Assembly (NCBI GenBank): GCA_009103225.1
Contig: RHPI01002090.1
Location: 401,680-416,148, forward strand
From: Chlorokybus atmophyticus
Lineage: Eukaryota; Plantae; Mesostigma and Chlorokybus algae
DNA length: 14,469 nucleotides
Reading direction: 5' to 3'
Below are positions 1 through 7,800 of this stretch, piece after piece. Under the pieces are notes generated by a model. It did no database searches, was not told the DNA's origin, and worked only from the letters and a program-made list of their open reading frames with translations. The first letter of the stretch is position 1. Each line of letters opens with the position of its first letter. A program made the translations under genes and the position numbers.

Positions 1-23
1 CCCCCCGGGCAGGTACCCTATGG

Positions 24-365
24 ATAAGCGACACTACAGAGTTTTATATAAGTAGTATACAAGGTGACACATGCAACCATTATTTGTAGGATGTGTGAAG
101 CACGAATGAATATTGGCTGTAGCGCATGTTGAAACAACGAACGTTTACTGCTTACCTCATGGGTGTATGGTGCCATTTCCGTCAACCATAAGCGCTACTA
201 TGCCCTCGCCAGCATAATTAAACGTGACAATGAGAATGGATAGCGCAGCAGCTAATGACATGGGTACCAATGATACATGGGTTGTGCTAACAGTGACAAA
301 AGCACTGGGCGCTGTAGCAGCGATATGCGATGATTAAAAACGCCATGAGTAATCAGTGGTTGACC
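24..365 (+). repeat. Diverged ~0.9-kb repeat, copy 1, segment A (homologous to 9888-10290)
   Basis: Collinear shared blocks ATAAGCGACACTA, ACAAGGTGAC.CATGCAACCATTA, TGTAGGATGTGTGAAGC, TCAACCATAAGC, TGAGAATGGATAG, TAATGACATGGGTA and GCCATGAGTAATCA. Confidence 0.9.
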
Positions 366-1065
366 AATTAAAACCACGGAGGTCCACTCGTCGCCCGTGC
401 GTGTCATGAGTGATGCGCTCTGTGTGCTGCTGTCCAGTTGGCGTTCATGGGTGCATAGACAAAAGCTACTGTGTGCTTTGCGAACTTGATCCACTCACGC
501 CCCCAACCGTCGTTATATTGCACGTAATGCAGCCTGCGAGGACACAAAAGCACATAAATAAAATAAAAAGCGAGAGCTTGCACAACATTGAACTTGGTGG
601 CACGAAAGGTAGATTACGCATTGCAGCTAGAATTGCCATTATACCTTTGGTGATGTTAAGGGCTTACCATATCGCATCCATCGGCCAGAGCACGAGGATG
701 CGGCAGGCCGTTCACCGCATGACCGCCTTTGCGCGCTCGCCTTTGCAGCTGACATACCTCATCTACTGCTTGTTGTGGTTGCAGGCTAAACATGAGCTTT
801 GGGGCCTTCGTTTAAGCCACATGCACAACACTAGCTGGATGCTATAGAAGGCCAGTGCGGCCGCAAAAACATGGGCAAGTGCGGACAGCTAGAGTACACC
901 TCATCATCAGTCCGACAAAGATTGGCCATTGCGAGACTGCGTCTGCGAACACGGCAGGGTTCCCCGGCAGTCATTGTACCTGGTATGATCCAAGGCGTGT
1001 ATGGTGTGGGTTCAATGTGCCATTCAGACGCTGTGCGTGCACACTGCAGCCATTCATATGCTTGA

Positions 1066-1114
1066 AAAAAGAGAGGTGGTTGCTGACATCATGTCAGCAA
1101 CCACCTCTCTTTTT
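1066..1114. repeat. Perfect inverted repeat, 24-bp arms, 1-nt spacer
   Basis: AAAAAGAGAGGTGGTTGCTGACAT-C-ATGTCAGCAACCACCTCTCTTTTT. It extends to TG/CA (1063-1116) with a one-base bulge. Confidence 0.97.
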
Positions 1115-2057
1115 CATGATGACTCATTCACGCATTTGATATGCGCACGCCGTGCGCATATGTTGCACATGTTAGCACGTGTTGCCGAGTGCCGCCGGCG
1201 GCCGCACTCCGCAACACTGCATCCAGCAGCCTTGTGGTGGCAGTAAGCCTCGCAAAAGTCCATAACCAAGTAGGTTCTCTTCGCACTTGGCCTCGTGTTT
1301 TGTTATATATAGCTAGGCGCTGCAAGTTGCCATCGCGCACCACATACGCATTGCATATCATATGCAGTATGATACTGCATAACTTGACGCCCCTCATTGA
1401 CCGCGCATTGGCTCCTTCACCACTTCCTTAAGCTACAAGTGTCACACATGCTAGTTGTGGCGCACTGCACCTCCCAACTCCACCACAATTCTTAGACACA
1501 AGCAATGTGACCGCCGACAACGAGAGCACGGAATTGAGCAACGGCTGCCACACGTTTTCAATTTGTTGTTGCTAAATGCGCTTATCTGATCGCTGCTGGC
1601 GTACATGCGAACTGCATGATGGATGCATGGTATAAGCTCTTCTTGGGAGATGCCAGGTCGTATGCACACCAATTGAGCAGATCATGAGTCTGATAGACAG
1701 TTGTATATGTCAGCGCAGCACATCGATGTCTCAACTCCTAGCCACGAGACACGTAACTATCTTACATTACCACCAGCACATGTGCATCCATTTATCAAAG
1801 TCGCTAAATGTCACATGTTGAACAGACACGCAGATGTTGACCCACAACTCATTTCCGGATTAGATGCGGTTATTTCTCAACATGGTTGAGGGTTGTTTGA
1901 CGGTCAGACACTTCTCGGTCCGCTTTGTTATAATTAGATTATGTCAAGTCTTCCAGTCAAACTCGGCGCGTCCGATTTAAAATCCAATTAGACCAAAAAG
2001 TCTAGTGCTCATACGATCTCGTATGGTAAGACAGTCTAAAGAAGAAAACTTATAGAG

Positions 2058-2160
2058 TAAATGCAATGTGCATGCGTGTGTGTGTGCGGTGAGGGCGTGT
2101 GGGCATGTAGACGTGATGTTGGCGCGCGCGTGCATTTATATGCGAGCGTACGTGCGTGCG
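2058..2160 (+). repeat. Repeat copy 1, segment B (homologous to ~10291-10410)
   Basis: Shared TGCAATGTGCATG, GTGTGCGGTG.GGGCGTG.GGGCATGT.GAC, CGCGTGCATTTATATG.GAG and GCGTGCGTG. The match ends at the LTR start. Confidence 0.85.
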
Positions 2161-2506
2161 TGTAACGGTGTGCTACCTCCATAGAGGTTCCCCGCCCTTA
2201 TTTAGAATTAAATAAGGGTCCCAACGGGATTATACAGTCTATTAAGCCATATTAGGGCCGTTAACCTAGTGTTAAGGCCCTAATGTAGTGTTACTTAATT
2301 GTAACACTGATATCGACATGAGACATGAGTCTCATGTCGATATCAGCCGTATGGCGGCGCTGCTAACGCAGCGGCCGCCATAGCCAGGGGATCTTCTGCT
2401 CCGGCAGATTCCCCTGGCGGCGGCGGCGGTGGCGTCGTGGCTGGTGGTGGTGTTGGGGTAGGGGATTAAAGGGAGGAGGGGGCACACCCCCTCTAGTCTC
2501 CTTACA
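2161..2506 (+). repeat. 5' LTR (346 bp)
   Basis: Starts TGTAAC at 2161, exactly where homology to the host repeat (10294-10410) stops. Ends CTTACA at 2506, giving a 5-bp terminal inverted repeat TGTAA/TTACA. The PBS follows 1 nt later. Confidence 0.85.
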
Positions 2507-2507
2507 T

Positions 2508-2519
2508 TGGTATCGGAGC
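2508..2519 (+). promoter_or_regulatory. Primer-binding site, tRNA-iMet-like
   Basis: TGGTATCGGAGC directly after the LTR. It differs by one base from the canonical plant iMet PBS TGGTATCAGAGC, and that base could form a G:U pair. Confidence 0.8.
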
Positions 2520-2545
2520 ACGGGCGTGAAGAGCCTGTGGAAGGG

Positions 2546-2614
2546 GCGGCGGCAGGCGGCAGGCGACTGCGGCGGCAGGCGGCAGGCGACTGCGGCAGCA
2601 GGCGGCAGGCGACT
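2546..2614 (+). repeat. Tandem repeat, 3 x 23 bp, in the retrotransposon leader
   Basis: GCGGCGGCAGGCGGCAGGCGACT at 2546, 2569 and 2592 (third copy has one mismatch). Confidence 0.9.
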
Positions 2615-2845
2615 GCAGCGGCGGCAACTAGTGGTAGTTATTAGGTGGTAGTTGTTGTTGTTGTTGTTATTATTGAAACGCTGTTGCTGGTGTAGGCTAG
2701 TTACCTAGCCCTGCCTTGCCTTGCCTTGCATAGCCTAGCTTGCCCTGCCCTAGCCTAGCCGAGCTTGTTAGCTTGCGTGTAGGGGAGGCGGCCACTCAGG
2801 CAGCCTTCCCCCTCAGTATTGCATGCCCAGCACATCACATAGTGA

Positions 2846-2878
2846 TTTATATATATATAAATATATATATATATATAA
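2846..2878. repeat. (TA)n microsatellite in the leader
   Basis: Directly visible interrupted TA run. (GTT)n at ~2650-2670 and (TTGCC)n at ~2713-2728 lie nearby. Confidence 0.9.
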
Positions 2879-3377
2879 CCACTTGTGTGTGCTTGTGCTG
2901 GCCACCACGTGGATTCGTGGTGGTGTAAAGGGTTTGACCCCCCTTGTGAGACAGTCCGGTGGCAACATCGGCTGTCGTTACCGCCAGTCAGTGCGGTGAG
3001 GCCGCCAGAGTCATTCTGTGCGGCCAGTATCAGACTCACAACTCACAACTCGCTGATATCACCCTGTAGGGTTGATTCAACGAGATTTGGCACCCTGTGT
3101 GTCAATTACAATTGTGGGTTGAGTTGAGTTGTACAAAGTGCAAACTTTGACAAGCTGTAACTTGTGAACCGCCGCGTGAATTCGCGTGCGGTTTGTTTCT
3201 AAGCAAGTGTCTAGTTGAGAAGTGTGTGGGGAGCTCTTGTTTGAGCTGTATACTCCACGTAACACACTTGAAACTTGACGAGACAAAATCAAGTGATTTT
3301 GACACTTTTGCAGTGCACAACTTGTGTGTTTGTGCACTTGCAAACTTCAACTATTGACGGCTTATATTCTTGGGCAG

Positions 3378-4853
3378 ATGTCTGACCAAGGAGGGGACGA
3401 TGTGGAGAAGTCCACATCATATGAGCCATCAAGTGAAGAGGAAGTGAATTACTCTGACACGAGTGAGAGCTATCAGCTGACCGTCAGTGAGAAGGAGGGA
3501 GACAAGCAAGAGAGCGATGCTTCTCCCGACCAGTCTGCTCAGAGTGTACCAGTTGCAGTAAACGCTGAAATGGCACCACCTGCAGTTGACTCTCAGAGTG
3601 TCATTGGCGGGGCAATTGAGAAGTATGCCCAGGAGCGCAAGGCTCTGCTTGATGCCAACCCACAGCTTGGCAAGGAAACATGGGATGCATGGGCTCAGAA
3701 GGTTCGTGATGGCTATGAGACGGACTTTGTCACACTTCCTCGCGCAAGCAAGGAGATGGTGATCCGCATGCTCGAGCACGAGCTGACGAACAATGTTCCG
3801 CCACTCGTGCGCGGTGATCCGAAGGTGGCTGCTCTGATGGCTGTTTACGATAAGCCTCCCCCTTACCAAGGCAAGCGAATGGCGTTTGAGGCTTTGGCCA
3901 ACTTGGGAGTGGAAACCTCACAGCGTTGCAAGGACGTGTTCTGGTACTTGGGACCTAACTTGGAAGACAAGTTGACTGGCCGAGTGCAGTTGACGGCACG
4001 CCTCGATGCTATGCAGGCTGAGTTGGTGGCGCTGCGCCAACAGGTGGCGGGTGCTACTTCAGCAGCTGGAGCATCAGCGGGTCTGCCGGTCACAGCGCTG
4101 AATAAGCCTGAGAAGTTCAAGCCCAACGGCAGCGTCAGTATCCACGACTGGGTGGTAACTGTTGAGCACTATTTAACAGCATTGAGACGCCCCGTTGGTG
4201 AACACATTGCTGTTGCTGAGTTGCTCATGCCTTCTGACGCTCTCGCCGAGTGGGCGAGGCAGACACAGGACGGTGCTACCAAAACAGTGGAGGCACTGTT
4301 TCAGTTCCTGACGGAACGCTATGGTGGCATGGACCCGGCTACTCAGGCTCGTAACAAGCTCAGCAAGTTGCGACAGAATGGTCGGGCGGCTTCAGCCTAT
4401 CTGCAAGAATTCCAGGCATTGGTGGGTCGTGCCAACAGCGGCCTCATGCCTATTGACAAGGCCGAGCAGTTTGAGTTGTACAAGCGCGGCTTGGATGCGC
4501 GTGTGCGTGATCAACTGCAGTACAACACGGCAACGGGACTGCCTTGGGTTCCCGAGGACTTGGCCAAGTTGCAGAAGCTGAGCGTGTACCTATACAACGA
4601 TGACACGGCGGTGCAGGACAAGTCACATGTGGCAGTTTCGGCCAAACCGCCAGGGGTGGGAGGGAAGCGTTTCCCTCATCCGAGTGCACACTTGGCAAAG
4701 AAGGCGAAGACATATGGTCCTTCTACTAGTGCCACACCTGCTGGTGGTGCTACGCCTGCTGCGGCTCGCACCTGTTACGTCTGTCATCAGCCTGGCCACA
4801 TTGCAAAGAACTGCCCAACCAAGGGGAAGGGCAAGGCCAAGAAGGTTGAATAG
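3378..4853 (+). CDS. gag: Gag polyprotein (491 aa from ATG 3378)
   Basis: Open frame with an acidic N-terminus and a capsid-like segment (LNKPEKF...ARNKLSKLRQ...AYLQEFQAL...YKRGL). It has a CX2CX4HX4C knuckle, CYVCHQPGHIAKNC (4773-4814), and a basic tail. The track's TTG/GTG-type start at 3324 is less likely than ATG 3378. Confidence 0.93.
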   Translation: MSDQGGDDVEKSTSYEPSSEEEVNYSDTSESYQLTVSEKEGDKQESDASPDQSAQSVPVAVNAEMAPPAVDSQSVIGGAIEKYAQERKALLDANPQLGKETWDAWAQKVRDGYETDFVTLPRASKEMVIRMLEHELTNNVPPLVRGDPKVAALMAVYDKPPPYQGKRMAFEALANLGVETSQRCKDVFWYLGPNLEDKLTGRVQLTARLDAMQAELVALRQQVAGATSAAGASAGLPVTALNKPEKFKPNGSVSIHDWVVTVEHYLTALRRPVGEHIAVAELLMPSDALAEWARQTQDGATKTVEALFQFLTERYGGMDPATQARNKLSKLRQNGRAASAYLQEFQALVGRANSGLMPIDKAEQFELYKRGLDARVRDQLQYNTATGLPWVPEDLAKLQKLSVYLYNDDTAVQDKSHVAVSAKPPGVGGKRFPHPSAHLAKKAKTYGPSTSATPAGGATPAAARTCYVCHQPGHIAKNCPTKGKGKAKKVE

Positions 4854-7800
4854 GATTACGTCGTGACTGATGTAAAAGTGGTTGATGGCCAGTTGCTTGT
4901 GTTATTAGCAAACTGGTTTGATGAGCTGTCCCAAGTGCATGTAATGACACACGCATGGCAAACACATAGCAAGTTGCCACTTTTTGACGTTGCAAAAGTG
5001 GAAGAGAATGCTTGTGTGTTGGTACATGTGGAATTTAACATGCTTACCAATGTGTTGCACACTTTGACTGAGTTGCAAAGTAAACACAGAACTTTGAGTG
5101 TGGTAGTAATGGTGCCTAAGTATCATGGCCCATGGTTGAAACATACTCGAGGGGGAACTGTGTTAAAGCAATTTAGCAAGCGTGAAACAGGGACAGTGCG
5201 ATTGTCAGCAATTTTACTCAACCCTCGCATTAGTCACGGACTCTTGGCTACATTTCAAGGACGGGTTGTGCCTCTGTTGTGGACATTTAGTGGCACAATG
5301 CAGGGAATAACCAGTTCGTTCTTGATTGACACTGGTGCAACGCACAATTTTATTGAGGAACAATGGGTTGTGCGCAATAAAGTAGCGTGTAAACCCTCAG
5401 CATTTTCAGCTGCCGGTGCTGGGGGTACGTTACCAGTGAAAGGAGAAATCAAAATGAAGGTAAAGATTGGTAATTATCATGCCAATCTCACCTTCATAGT
5501 GGTGTCCATCAACATAATGGGTGTTGATGTGGTACTAGGACAGGAATGGCAGGACAATGTTAAAATGACATTGGATACTGGTGCACGGTTGTGCACAGTG
5601 AAAAAGGGTCGTAAGCGTGTAACGTTGTCTGTAAAAGGGTCGCATAGCTTGGAACACAAGCAAACAGACCCTGCGCTTCTCAGTGCACTTCAGGTGAAGC
5701 GTGCGTTGCGTAAAAACACACCGGCTTTCCTTGTGCACTTAACGTCATCTGATGACTTTGTGCCAGGCAGTACGGCAGGTGTTGCAGACATCATTGAAAA
5801 GTATCAGGACATATTCTCAGATGAGTTGCCAGGCTTACCCCCTGATCGAGGTGTCGGACACACCATACCACTGATTCCTGATAGTGAGCCTCCATTTCGG
5901 CCAATATATAGGCTGAGCCCCAATGAGAGGGGGGAAATGGAAACTCAAATCAAAGACTTATTGGAAAAGGGATTGATTGAACCGAGTGATTCACCCTTTG
6001 GCGCACCCATCTTGTTTGTGATGAAAAAGAATGGGAAATTGCGCATGTGCGTAGATTATCGTGCTCTAAACAAGATTACGGTAAATAATCGATACCCGTT
6101 ACCTCGGATTGATGATGTGTTTGATAAACTGTCGGGTAATGCGTACTTCAGTACGCTAGACTTGACAAGCGGTTATCATCAAATCCGTATTCACCCTTCT
6201 GATGTTTACAAGACAGCATTCAGAACACCTTCAGGTCATTATCAATACAAAGTGTTACCTTTTGGATTGACAAATGCACCTGCGGTGTTTCAGAAGGAAA
6301 TGAATAAGATCTTTGATAACATGCTTGGCAAGCATGTTATGGTTTACTTGGATGACATCATTGTCTTCAGTAAAACAAAAGAGGAGCACAGAAAGCATCT
6401 GGAAGCGGTGTTTGCTTTACTGCGAACACATCGCTTGTTTGCCAACTTGCCAAAGTGTGACTTTGGCAAGACAGAGTTGCCATTCTTGGGGCATATTGTG
6501 AGTGGTGCGGGTGTCAAACCTGACCCTCGCAAAGTGCAAGTGGTAAAGGATTGGCCTCAACCAAAGAATATCCATCAGTTGCGATCATTCTTGGGGTTGG
6601 CAAACTATTTTCGCAAGTTTATGATGGGGTACTCTACGGCTGTGATGCCCTTAACAAAACTATTGCGAAAAGATGCCCCATTCTCTTGGACAGCAGCACA
6701 GGAAGCTGCTATGCAACAAGTGAAGCTGGCTTTAACCTCAGCACCAGTGTTGGCACTGCCAAATTGGGATAAGCGCTTCACTGTGGTGAGCGATGCCTCC
6801 ACCCTAGGGTGTGGTGCAGTATTGCTACAGGATAGCAGGCCATGTGCTTATGAGAGTAGAAAATTCATCCCAGCAGAGGTGAATTACACTACTACTGAGC
6901 AAGAGTTGCTGGGTATAGTGCATGCTCTTGAAACTTGGCGATGCTACTTGGAAGGAGTTCAGTTCACAGTAGTGACTGATCACAACCCATTGGTGTACTT
7001 CTCAACACAGCTAAACTTGTCGCGTAGGCAAGCTCGCTGGAATGAGTTTCTGTCGCGGTTTACTTTTGAATGGGTATACCGGCCGGGCAAAACCAATGTG
7101 GCAGATCCTTTGAGTCGCTGTCCGTCATTGTTGGCAGTTATGCGTGCGCACTTGCTTGCGACGCAAGGTACATTGCCTCCTAATGATGAGTTTGTACAAG
7201 CTGTTTTACAGGGGTATATTTTGGACCCATGGTTCTCGATGCAAGGGAATGTGCAACAGCTTAACAAACGAGACAACTTGTATTATATGGGCGCCTGCTT
7301 GGTGATACCTAACCATGCTGGGTTGCGCATGAAATGCATAGCTGAAGTACACGATCCACCGTACGCTGGGCACTTTGGGGGTCGCAAGACTACTAAGGCA
7401 GCGCAACAGTTGTACTGGTGGCCATCGTTGCCTGTTGACGTAAAGCAATATGTTGACACGTGTGACAAATGTCAGCGTGACAAACCGTTACGTCAGAAAC
7501 CCGCTGGGTTGCTGCGACCTTTGCCTGTTCCTGATGGCAAGTGGGAAAGTGTGAGTATGAACCTGATTGTTGAGCTCCCTGAGACAGCATTTGGGCACAC
7601 AGCGGTTGCAGTTTTTGTGGACCGTTTAACAAAAATGGTTCACATCGTCCCTTGCCGCACGGAAATAGGCTCCCGTGAGTTAGCGATGGTTTTTGTCGCC
7701 TCTGTGTTTAAGTTGCATGGTTTGCCTCGCAACTTTGTGTCTGATCGCGATCCGCGATTTGTGTCTCAGTTCTGGAAGTCGCTATGCAGCTTCTTACATA

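Noticed and set aside
410-1889. Short ORFs in the 1.7-kb insertion (e.g. 410-847, 145 aa)
   Set aside because: No recognisable motifs, they overlap in several frames, and their composition is typical of non-coding DNA.
2398-2403. Tf1-like self-priming: GCTCCG in the LTR complements part of the PBS
   Set aside because: Only 6 nt match and they lie inside another hairpin. The tRNA-Met-like PBS explains priming more simply.
4851-4853. Alternative genetic code (TAG=Gln)
   Set aside because: The 1200-codon pol and the 491-codon gag contain no internal TAA/TAG despite many Gln residues.
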